From contig CAWCBP010000014.1 of the NCBI GenBank assembly GCA_963793865.1, forward strand, positions 128,001-192,000: a stretch of 64,000 nucleotides of DNA. Direction: 5' to 3'. Source of the stretch: an uncultured delta proteobacterium. GTDB lineage: Bacteria; Desulfobacterota; WTBG01. Every line of letters starts with the position of its first letter. The stretch's first letter is position 1. Below, piece by piece: positions 20,315-28,170 of the stretch. Both the position numbers and the translations under genes were made by a program. A model generated the notes under the pieces. It was given only the letters and a program-made list of their open reading frames with translations, searched no databases and was not told the DNA's origin.

Positions 20315-21532
20315 ATGTACATGAATAAAAAGAGAGTAAGTCAGGGCAAGGAAAAACAAAAACCCGTGGCAGCCGCTAAAGCCATTAAGAGATCATCACC
20401 GCTTGACCTTTCACGTTCACCCGCCATGAAGGGGCTCATAGCGCAGGCACAGGATATACACAAGGATATCAAAAGCGGCCGCCGCCCGTCGCTGCGGGTG
20501 CCCATCCGCAGCCTGTCCAACGTTTCCTTTTCCAAGGATAAGGGCTTCTTCGCCATCGGCAAGAGGGTGAGCAAGCGGACCCTCTCCTACCAGACCATCA
20601 AGCCCTTTGCCCAGACCGTGCGGATGATGGCCTTTGCCAAGCACCTGATCGACACCAGCGACTTTGCTTCCAAACGTGAAGTCTACTACACCTCCAAGGG
20701 ATCAGCCAAGCGTGGCTCGGAAGCGGGTACGGCAGGATGGGGGCCGGCATCGTTTAAAGAGCAGCCGGAATCTGACACCATCATGGATGACATGGAGGCG
20801 ATGATTGGAGTAAACCGGGAGCAGCTCGGCTTTATTCCCGCCGAGCAGAACGGTTCGGTTGCAGGCGAGCTGATTGTTATCGATATCGACCCCGCCACGG
20901 GTAAAAAGATCGAAATTGACTGCACCGCCTTCGGCAGAGGGAGCTATTCCATTCCTTCGCGTGTGGAAGGCCTGGAGTTTCGCACCAAAGCCAAATTTAT
21001 ACTTGCGGTTGAGACCGCGGCGCTTTTCGAGCGCTTAAACGGTCACGCCTACTGGCGGGACGCAAAATGTATCATCGTGGCCATGGGCGGTGTTCCCACC
21101 CGGGCAAACCGGCGGTTTGTCCGGCTGCTGTCCGATTCCTGCAGGCTGCCGGTCTATGTTTTCACCGATGGTGACCCCTATGGTTACGGCAATATTTACC
21201 GCACCATGAAGGTGGGCTCCGGCAATGCGGCTCACATCAATGAGTTCTTCTGCGTGCCCCGGGCAAAGCTGATCGGTGTCACGCCCCAGGACATCGTGGA
21301 TTACAACCTGCCTACCCATCCCCTGGAAGACAAGGATAAGAAGCGCGCCCAGGATGCGATCAAAAATGATCCCTTCTTCAAGAACAACAAACAGTGGGTG
21401 CAGGCATTGCAGGAAATGGTCAAGATGGGCGTGCGCGTCGAGCAGCAGGCATTTGCCGCGCGCGGGCTCAATTACGTCATGGAGACCTACCTTCCCGAGA
21501 AGCTGGGCAATCCCTCCAAGATGCTTCCATAG
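20315..21532 (+). CDS. top6A: DNA topoisomerase VI subunit A (Spo11 family)
   Basis: SKREVYY catalytic Tyr region, AVET, FTDGDPYG TOPRIM, EQQA. Confidence 0.93.
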   Translation: MYMNKKRVSQGKEKQKPVAAAKAIKRSSPLDLSRSPAMKGLIAQAQDIHKDIKSGRRPSLRVPIRSLSNVSFSKDKGFFAIGKRVSKRTLSYQTIKPFAQTVRMMAFAKHLIDTSDFASKREVYYTSKGSAKRGSEAGTAGWGPASFKEQPESDTIMDDMEAMIGVNREQLGFIPAEQNGSVAGELIVIDIDPATGKKIEIDCTAFGRGSYSIPSRVEGLEFRTKAKFILAVETAALFERLNGHAYWRDAKCIIVAMGGVPTRANRRFVRLLSDSCRLPVYVFTDGDPYGYGNIYRTMKVGSGNAAHINEFFCVPRAKLIGVTPQDIVDYNLPTHPLEDKDKKRAQDAIKNDPFFKNNKQWVQALQEMVKMGVRVEQQAFAARGLNYVMETYLPEKLGNPSKMLP

Positions 21533-21616
21533 GCCTTACTCGAATTCGAGACATGATATTAGAAAAAATTCTGCAGCACTGCAACCCTGGTAGGGACTTA
21601 GGCTAACATTTTTATC

Positions 21617-21644
21617 TTGACATCAACTCAGTTTTTGGTAAATT
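21617..21644 (+). promoter_or_regulatory. sigma-70 promoter driving the tandem-RNA leader
   Basis: TTGACA (21617-22), 16-bp spacer, TG-g-TAAATT extended -10. Confidence 0.6.
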
Positions 21645-21704
21645 AAATCTACACTTCAAAGATGAGTTTACTTTGAAGTGCCTATAATTGAATATAATGC
21701 TAAT

Positions 21705-21790
21705 GGGTCTAGAAACTTTCGTTTCTAGAGGTTAAAGCTGTCGATAGTCGGGCCGCTATCTGAAAATTCAGAGGGCGTCCCTTTTCTTTT
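21705..21790 (+). ncRNA. putative riboswitch copy 1 (nhaA-I/DUF1646-like, Li+/Na+) with intrinsic terminator
   Basis: GGG-TCTAGAAAC/GTTTCTAGA-GGTTAAA...GATAGT-CGGGCC-GCTATC, then terminator hairpin and TTTTCTTTT. Confidence 0.7.
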
Positions 21791-21877
21791 GTCCGGAGAG
21801 CGAGAATAAAGGAGGAAATTACGAGTTAATCGCAAATTGTAATAATACATTTTATTAATAATTGAATAGAGTTTCAC

Positions 21878-21964
21878 GGGTCTAGAAGCAATTGTTTCTA
21901 GAGGTTAAATGCTGTTGATAGCCGGGCCGCTATCTGAAAATTCAGAGGGCGTCCCTTTTCTTTT
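21878..21964 (+). ncRNA. putative riboswitch copy 2 with intrinsic terminator
   Basis: GGG-TCTAGAAGC/GTTTCTAGA-GGTTAAAT...GATAGC-CGGGCC-GCTATC, identical terminator. Confidence 0.7.
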
Positions 21965-22041
21965 GTCCGGACGGGCACAGTGCAGGAGGAAGTAACGGGT
22001 TAATCATAAATTGCGTTGATAAAATTGAAGAGAGTTTCAAC

Positions 22042-22130
22042 GGGTCCAGAAACGGTTGTTTCTGGAGGTTAAATTCTGTTGATAGCCGGGCCGCTATCTG
22101 AAAATTCAGAGGGCGTCCCTTTTCTTTTTT
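22042..22130 (+). ncRNA. putative riboswitch copy 3 with intrinsic terminator
   Basis: GGG-TCCAGAAAC/GTTTCTGGA (compensatory T-A to C-G change)-GGTTAAAT...GATAGC-CGGGCC-GCTATC, identical terminator. Confidence 0.7.
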
Positions 22131-22202
22131 CAGGAGTCAGATTCTGGGGACTTTATTAAGGTGTGTACCTCATGCATCAATTAATTATGAGGAGGAACAA
22201 GG

Positions 22203-22376
22203 ATGAAATCTTTTAAAGAAGTGATCTTAGGTCTTGTAATAGGTGGTGGTTTTATTTTGATCCTCGCTGGTATCGAAGCCTTCAATCTGGGGAACAAGTG
22301 GTATCCTGCATATTTCATAACTGGTGCTATCATTGCGGTGGGATTCCTTAAACTCTCAACAAAAGTTATCAAATAG
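22203..22376 (+). CDS. small two-helix membrane protein A (57 aa, unknown family)
   Basis: GAGGAGG RBS; MKSFKEVILGLVIGGGFILILAGIEAFNLGNKWYPAYFITGAIIAVGFLKLSTKVIK; 31/50 identical to the next gene; below the ORF-track cutoff. Confidence 0.85.
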   Translation: MKSFKEVILGLVIGGGFILILAGIEAFNLGNKWYPAYFITGAIIAVGFLKLSTKVIK

Positions 22377-22425
22377 TAACAAGTAGCGAACATCAAACAT
22401 TCATTATTTGAAAGGAGAAACAAAG

Positions 22426-22620
22426 ATGAAGATTTTAAAAGATTGGATGTTAGGTATTTGCATTGGTGGTGGCATTGTATTGATTTTATTGGGTCTGCAA
22501 GCTGTAACCAGGGGAAATAAGTGGTGGCCTGCATATTTTATAGCCGGTGCTATCATTGCCGCAGGATTCATTAAAGTCGCGATCAATGATTATTTAAAGG
22601 AGAAAATAGGAGCACGATAG
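22426..22620 (+). CDS. small two-helix membrane protein B (64 aa), paralog of A
   Basis: AAGGAG RBS; MKILKDWMLGICIGGGIVLILLGLQAVTRGNKWWPAYFIAGAIIAAGFIK... Confidence 0.85.
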   Translation: MKILKDWMLGICIGGGIVLILLGLQAVTRGNKWWPAYFIAGAIIAAGFIKVAINDYLKEKIGAR

Positions 22621-22728
22621 ATTTTATCGTTGTTTGCCTATTTGCGGTTCTGTGTGGTATAATATCTCTTCAGCTCTTTACTGAAAGGGCTGTGGGGAGG
22701 CTTTGCCGTCTTGTCAGGAAGGTGACTT

Positions 22729-23487
22729 ATGTGTGCGAGGAAACGGGGGTGCGTGCAGCACTACAATCGTCAGCCGGGAAGAATGATTTTATATTTAATG
22801 ATGGCAGTCATTCTCGTGGTTATTTTTCAGAGCCCGGCAGGCGCCGGGGAAGGGGAGGTATATGACCCCGCGGTGATCGAGGCCTTCTACAGCAAAATCA
22901 TTCGCAATCCTATAGAGATTGATGGCGATCCATACAGGGTTCTGCAGGATGAAGACCTGATTGAGTACCCGGAAGAAGCAGTCTGCGCCATTCAATATGA
23001 AGATGACCGCATTCACTATGAAATTGCTACCTTCGATGACGAGGCCGCCGCTCAAGACAGCGGCTATATAGTGACGCACAAGGGGCATTGCGGTACCTGT
23101 TCCACCCTGCAGGATCTTGCCACCTATCTCTACCACCGGGATCTGACCACGCCGGTGAGGAGGTGCTCCGCGCTGGTGTGGTTCCCCGCCTGGAGCATGC
23201 ATTGCCTGGAGGAGCTGGGGTTCAGTTCGGAATGTGCGGAAACCTGGTATTACAACGCGAAGAATACGGCGCGCGAGTGCCTGTGGCCCTGCCTGGAATC
23301 CTGGATGCATAAAGAGCCCTTTAACAAGCCTGATGGCAGCCTGAACGACTGCCTTGCCTGCGATGAAGAGTGTTCAGGCCCGATTTTCAAGTATGTTGCC
23401 GGCCGCACGCGGCGGAACTCGGGCATCCGCTCTGAAATCGACAGGCCGGAGGACGAGGTGTATCCCATTGTGCATGATTATTATTGA
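22729..23487 (+). CDS. secreted cysteine-rich hypothetical protein
   Basis: signal-like hydrophobic stretch; THKGHCGTCS, LNDCLACDEECSGP, AGRTRRNSG; start may be 22783. Confidence 0.75.
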   Translation: MCARKRGCVQHYNRQPGRMILYLMMAVILVVIFQSPAGAGEGEVYDPAVIEAFYSKIIRNPIEIDGDPYRVLQDEDLIEYPEEAVCAIQYEDDRIHYEIATFDDEAAAQDSGYIVTHKGHCGTCSTLQDLATYLYHRDLTTPVRRCSALVWFPAWSMHCLEELGFSSECAETWYYNAKNTARECLWPCLESWMHKEPFNKPDGSLNDCLACDEECSGPIFKYVAGRTRRNSGIRSEIDRPEDEVYPIVHDYY

Positions 23488-23581
23488 TACTCCGCATTGG
23501 TAAGAGGAAAGTACTACCGTAAGGGCTGTGCTCTTTGCAAGCGCGGCCCTTGTTTTATTCTCGCAGGCTGACTTCCCGGGT

Positions 23582-23757
23582 GTTATCCCCGCGGAAGCGG
23601 GGATCCAGGTCAAATCCAAATGCAGGGGCGACCGGCCGGTCGCCCCTACGCATCAGACACTATTTTCGTGTTAAATACCCATGCCCCCTGGGGGTACCAC
23701 GAAAATTGAAAATGCAATTCTATAGACGGGTCATTCTGCAGCATGACCGCAGAATCC
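23582..23757. repeat. cluster of short palindromic REP/MITE-like repeats
   Basis: ATCCCCGC/GCGGGGAT; AGGGGCGACCGGCCGGTCGCCCCT; ATTTTCGTGTTA and CCATGCCCC..GGGGTACCAC pieces shared (inverted) with about 49985-50094. Confidence 0.6.
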
Positions 23758-23888
23758 AGGATTGTATTTTTGCTATTGACACTAAGCTTTGCTTCATTTT
23801 ATAGTACCGCGCCACACAGCACGTGCTTATACTATATCGATCTATTGAGAAGGAAAAGTTACCTGAGCGGGATAAGGAAGGAGAAAAA

Positions 23889-25709
23889 ATGGATGCGCCT
23901 ACTCAAAACCATGAACTGAAGAAATGGGTCGAGGAGATGGCACGCATGTGCAGGCCGGACACGGTCTACTGGTGCGACGGCTCGGAGGAGGAGGCGGAGC
24001 GGCTGAAGCGGGAGGCCATCTCGACCGGCGAGTTGATTGAGCTGAACCAGGTGCTCATGCCCGGGTGCGTGCTCCACCGCACGGCCTTGAACGACGTTGC
24101 CCGTACCGAAGATCTGACCTTCATCTGCACGGATCGGAAAGAGGACGCAACTCCCGTCAACAACTGGAAGAGCCGGGAGGAAGGCTACGCCGAGGCCCGG
24201 GAGTATTTCAAGAACTCCATGCAAGGACGGACCATGTACGTCGTCCCTTTCAGCATGGGGCCCGTGGGTTCGCCCTTTGCCAAATACGGGGTTGAGCTCA
24301 CCGACTCCATTTACGTGGTCCTCAACATGCGGATCATGACCCGCATGGGGAAGAGGGTACTGGACGCCATCGGCGGGAGCGGTGAATTCACCCGCTGCCT
24401 TCATGGGAAGGCACAGCTTGATTTAAGCCGGCGCCGCATCATGCACTTTCCCGAGGACAACGCCATCTGGAGCGTCAACTCCGGATACGGCGGCAATGTG
24501 CTGCTGGGCAAGAAGTGCCTGGCGCTGCGCATTGCCAGCTGGCTTGCCCGCAAGGAGGGCTGGCTGGCCGAGCACATGCTCATCCTGGGGATCGAGGAGC
24601 CGGGAGGACACACCGAGTATATTGCCGCGGCCTTCCCCTCGGCCTGCGGCAAGACCAACCTGGCCATGCTGGTTCCGCCTGAGGGACTGCGCAGCAAGGG
24701 CTACCGCATCTGGACCGTGGGCGACGACATCGCCTGGCTGCGGATCGGCAAGGACGGAAGGCTCTGGGCGGTGAATCCGGAGTCCGGCTGTTTCGGCGTG
24801 GCCCCCGGAACCAACAGCAAGTCCAACCCTAACATGATGGCGGCCATCAGGAAGAACACCATCTTTACCAACGTCGTGCTCCGCGATGATGAAACGGTTT
24901 GGTGGGAGGGTCACGATGACCCGGCGCCGGTCGAGGCGTTGGACTGGACAGGGAAGCGCTGGTCCCCGGACCTGAAGGACGACAAGGGCAACCCCGTTCC
25001 CGGGGCCAACAGCAACTCCCGCTTCACTGTGCCCATTGACCAGGTTCCCACCCGCTCCAACCGCCTTGACATGCTGGAGGGCGTGCCCATTTCCGCGTTT
25101 ATCTTCGGCGGACGGCGTTCCCGTCTCGCTCCGCTTATCTTCCAGGCCTACAACTGGAACCATGGGGTCTTTGTTGCGGCCTCCATGGCCTCCGAGCGAA
25201 CGGCGGCCCAGTATGGAAAGCAGGGAGAGATCCGCTACGACCCCATGGCCATGCTTCCCTTTGCCGGCTATAACATGGGTGACTACTTGCGCCACTGGCT
25301 CGACATGGGAATGCGCATCCCCAATCCCCCGCTCATCTTCCTTGTCAACTGGTTTCGCCAGGATGATCAGGGAAGATATTTGTGGCCCGGCTTCGGCGAA
25401 AACCTCCGCGTCCTCGAATGGGTCCTCCAGCGCCGGCGCGAGGAGGTGGCCGCGGTGCAGACCCCCATCGGTTATCTCCCCAACGAGGGCGCGCTTGACA
25501 TGACCGGACTCGACATCCCGCGGGAGCAGATGGATCAGCTCTTTGCCGTAGACCAGCGGGGATGGCTCAAGGAATGCGACGACGTCAAGGCCTTCTTCAA
25601 CTCCCTGGGCGATCGCATGCCCCAGCGTCTTCATGATGAGCTGGAGCAGCTCCGCTACCGCCTCCGCCGCTGCTGCGGGCCTCAGGGACGGTTCCACATG
25701 GTCTGGTGA
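23889..25709 (+). CDS. pckG: phosphoenolpyruvate carboxykinase (GTP)
   Basis: GYGGNVLLGKKC, WLAEHM, FPSACGKTNLAM, VGDDIAW, NSRF, WPGFGEN. Confidence 0.95.
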   Translation: MDAPTQNHELKKWVEEMARMCRPDTVYWCDGSEEEAERLKREAISTGELIELNQVLMPGCVLHRTALNDVARTEDLTFICTDRKEDATPVNNWKSREEGYAEAREYFKNSMQGRTMYVVPFSMGPVGSPFAKYGVELTDSIYVVLNMRIMTRMGKRVLDAIGGSGEFTRCLHGKAQLDLSRRRIMHFPEDNAIWSVNSGYGGNVLLGKKCLALRIASWLARKEGWLAEHMLILGIEEPGGHTEYIAAAFPSACGKTNLAMLVPPEGLRSKGYRIWTVGDDIAWLRIGKDGRLWAVNPESGCFGVAPGTNSKSNPNMMAAIRKNTIFTNVVLRDDETVWWEGHDDPAPVEALDWTGKRWSPDLKDDKGNPVPGANSNSRFTVPIDQVPTRSNRLDMLEGVPISAFIFGGRRSRLAPLIFQAYNWNHGVFVAASMASERTAAQYGKQGEIRYDPMAMLPFAGYNMGDYLRHWLDMGMRIPNPPLIFLVNWFRQDDQGRYLWPGFGENLRVLEWVLQRRREEVAAVQTPIGYLPNEGALDMTGLDIPREQMDQLFAVDQRGWLKECDDVKAFFNSLGDRMPQRLHDELEQLRYRLRRCCGPQGRFHMVW

Positions 25710-25823
25710 TATGTTTTTGATACTATGGTGGGCGCGGTGGGACTCGGTTTGGAAGAGGGCTGAATGACCCTGCTTCATGAGCCATGCAATAAGGAATAAA
25801 GACTGCAAACGGAAAGGAACATA

Positions 25824-26558
25824 ATGATCGCCCGCACGGTTGATACTCTTCTGCGCGACAAAAAAGACGTTCCGGCGGCATTTAATATAATTGCGCGTCG
25901 ATATGACCTTGCAACATGTCTGAGCCAGGGATACCAGCAGGATTTGCAGACCAGCGTCGACCGGATGAAGCTGAAGGGGAATGAACTCGTTGCCGACCTC
26001 TGTTGCGGAACAGGAAAGTCAACCATTGCCTGCCTCAATAATCTTCCCGATGGTACCGTCATCGGGATTGATAATTCAGAGGGCATGCTGCGGGTCGCAC
26101 GGGAAAAACTGTCTGCACAGGTTGAAAACGCAAAAGTGCGTTTCGTTCAGAATGATGTCATGAATCTCACCCCGGATGACGTCCGTTATGACGCAATTTT
26201 CATGGCCTACGGAATCAGGAATATGCCGGACGCGGCAAGGTGCATTAGAAATCTCCACCGCCTGCTCAAGCCCGGCGGAACAATCTGTTTTCATGAATAC
26301 GCCATCAATAAATCCTTCTTCTCACGGCTTTACTGGAGATGCATAGGCTATGGGTTCATACTCCCCTTCGCGGGATTACTAACCGGTTCAACGGCAATCT
26401 TTCGGTACCTTATTACGAGTGTTGAACATTTTCTTTCCCCGGAGGGGTTCACCGCCCTCTTACGGCAGGAGGGCTTTGAAGACGTAACTCATGCTCCGCT
26501 CGTGAGCTGGCGAAAACCGATTATCCACACCTTCCTGGCACACAAACCTTTATCATGA
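25824..26558 (+). CDS. class I SAM-dependent methyltransferase (UbiE-like, CrtT-like by context)
   Basis: DLCCGTG, GIDNSEGML, DAIFMAYGIRN, LKPGG. Confidence 0.8.
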   Translation: MIARTVDTLLRDKKDVPAAFNIIARRYDLATCLSQGYQQDLQTSVDRMKLKGNELVADLCCGTGKSTIACLNNLPDGTVIGIDNSEGMLRVAREKLSAQVENAKVRFVQNDVMNLTPDDVRYDAIFMAYGIRNMPDAARCIRNLHRLLKPGGTICFHEYAINKSFFSRLYWRCIGYGFILPFAGLLTGSTAIFRYLITSVEHFLSPEGFTALLRQEGFEDVTHAPLVSWRKPIIHTFLAHKPLS

Positions 26559-28075
26559 CCATGGGCCTCACATCCCTCATCGCACACGCTATCGAGAAGA
26601 AGCTCGGAGGCTACAAAATCCGGCTCAATACCATCGACACCGGACTTCCCGAAAAACTGTCGAAGGAAAAGAGTGTCGGCATTATCGGCGGGGGACTGGC
26701 GGGAGTTTCCGCGGCGCTTTTTCTTGCCGAGAGGGGGTTCGCGGTAAAGATTTTTGAAAAGGAAGCATATCTGGGCGGGAAGGTCGGTTCCTGGCCCGTC
26801 ACCTTTGATGACGGATTTTCAGCTCAGGTTGAGCATGGCTTTCACGCATTCTTCAGGCAATACCACAATCTCCGCAACCTGTTGAAAAAAATCGATGCCT
26901 ATAAAAACCTCATTCCGGTGGATGACTACGTTATTTTTACCCTGAAACACGGCAATTTTGCTTTCAAGGACATCAGCAGCATTCCGATCCTGAACATTCT
27001 GAGCATGGCCGGGACGGGCATTTATTCCTACACCGACGCCGTAACCAATCCCGGCTATAGGAAAATGATTTCGCTGCTGCGCTACAACCGGGAGAAAACA
27101 TTTGCCCAATTTGACGCGGTTTCCTTTCAGGATTTTGCCGAACGGGTTAAATTGACGCCGCAGATGAAGCTGATGTTCACCACATTCGCGCGGGCGTTTT
27201 TCGCCGAACCCCGGTACATGTCCATGGCGGAGATGATCAAAAGCTTTCACGCCTATTTTCTCAGCAATGACCTCGGGCTCTTATATGATGTGCTTGACGA
27301 CGATTTTGACGAAACGCTCTGGAACCCGGTCCGGCAATACGCGCAGAAATACCGGATCGGGATTTCGCTCGGCACTCCGGTCAGTTCGTTCAGCAAAGAG
27401 GGGAACAGCTTTGTGATCAACGGTGAAAGGTTTGACTACGCGATCATCGCCGCGGACGTGAAGGGAACAAAGGGCATCATGGGCCGTTCCGATTACTTTA
27501 AACATAAGCACCCGGACTTCTTCAATCGCCTGACCGCCCTGAAACAATCCCAGCGGTATTCGGTATTGCGCGTCTGGATTGACAAAGATATCAGACCGGA
27601 TGTGCCGTTTTTTGTTTTCACCGATGCGCTGCAAATACTTGATTCGGTGACCGTTTACCACCGGATGGAGAAGGCCAGCCGGGCATGGGTTCAGAAAAAC
27701 GGCGGAGGAATTTTTGAATTTCATTCATATGCGCTGCCGGACGATTTCCCTGAAAAGGACGTTCGCAACCAGTTTCTCAAGGAATGTGAGGCGTATTTCC
27801 CCGAAATGAAAGGCTGCACCGTTCACTATGAACATCTGCAGATTAGGGATGACTTCACCGCCTTCCATACGAATCTTTATAAACAGCGGCCGGAGGTAAA
27901 AACCGAGGTTGACAATCTTTTTCTGGCCGGAGACTGGGTTAAGCTTGATAATCCCGCGATGCTGATGGAGGCCGCGGTGACCTCGGCGCTGTGTGCCGCG
28001 AATTTGATTTTCAAAGAGGAAGGATTACGGGAAGAACCTGTTTATTCAGTGCCTTTGAAGGGTCTGTTTGCGTAA
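26555..28075 (+). CDS. FAD-dependent oxidoreductase, CrtU (isorenieratene synthase)-like
   Basis: IIGGGLAG, LGGKVGSW, HGFHAFFRQYHNL, LAGDWV...LMEAAVTS. Confidence 0.75.
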   Translation: MTMGLTSLIAHAIEKKLGGYKIRLNTIDTGLPEKLSKEKSVGIIGGGLAGVSAALFLAERGFAVKIFEKEAYLGGKVGSWPVTFDDGFSAQVEHGFHAFFRQYHNLRNLLKKIDAYKNLIPVDDYVIFTLKHGNFAFKDISSIPILNILSMAGTGIYSYTDAVTNPGYRKMISLLRYNREKTFAQFDAVSFQDFAERVKLTPQMKLMFTTFARAFFAEPRYMSMAEMIKSFHAYFLSNDLGLLYDVLDDDFDETLWNPVRQYAQKYRIGISLGTPVSSFSKEGNSFVINGERFDYAIIAADVKGTKGIMGRSDYFKHKHPDFFNRLTALKQSQRYSVLRVWIDKDIRPDVPFFVFTDALQILDSVTVYHRMEKASRAWVQKNGGGIFEFHSYALPDDFPEKDVRNQFLKECEAYFPEMKGCTVHYEHLQIRDDFTAFHTNLYKQRPEVKTEVDNLFLAGDWVKLDNPAMLMEAAVTSALCAANLIFKEEGLREEPVYSVPLKGLFA

Positions 28076-28170
28076 TTCGTCTCAACCGGCGTTGAAGAGC
28101 TTACTTCTTGACCGGCGCGTCGCTCGCTTCGTGAGCGGTGATTGCCGGGGGTATCGGTCAGGGGAAACAT

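Noticed and set aside
21705..22130. CRISPR array interpretation of the triple repeat
   Set aside because: Units are about 87 nt with terminators, the spacers resemble each other, and there are no cas genes
21705..22130. c-di-GMP-I or c-di-AMP riboswitch assignment (CGGGTCT...GATAGCCGGG; GGAGGAA...GGGTTAATC)
   Set aside because: The GGCAAA...GAAA...CGCAAA part of GEMM and the GCTGAA core of ydaO are absent; the nhaA-I-like two-hairpin architecture fits better
22181..22586. minus-strand ORFs over the small membrane protein pair
   Set aside because: The plus-strand frames have strong RBSs and a conserved paralogous protein pattern; these ORFs are their mirror images
24423..25808. 461-aa minus-strand ORF
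   Set aside because: Antisense shadow of GC-rich pckG with no recognisable motifs
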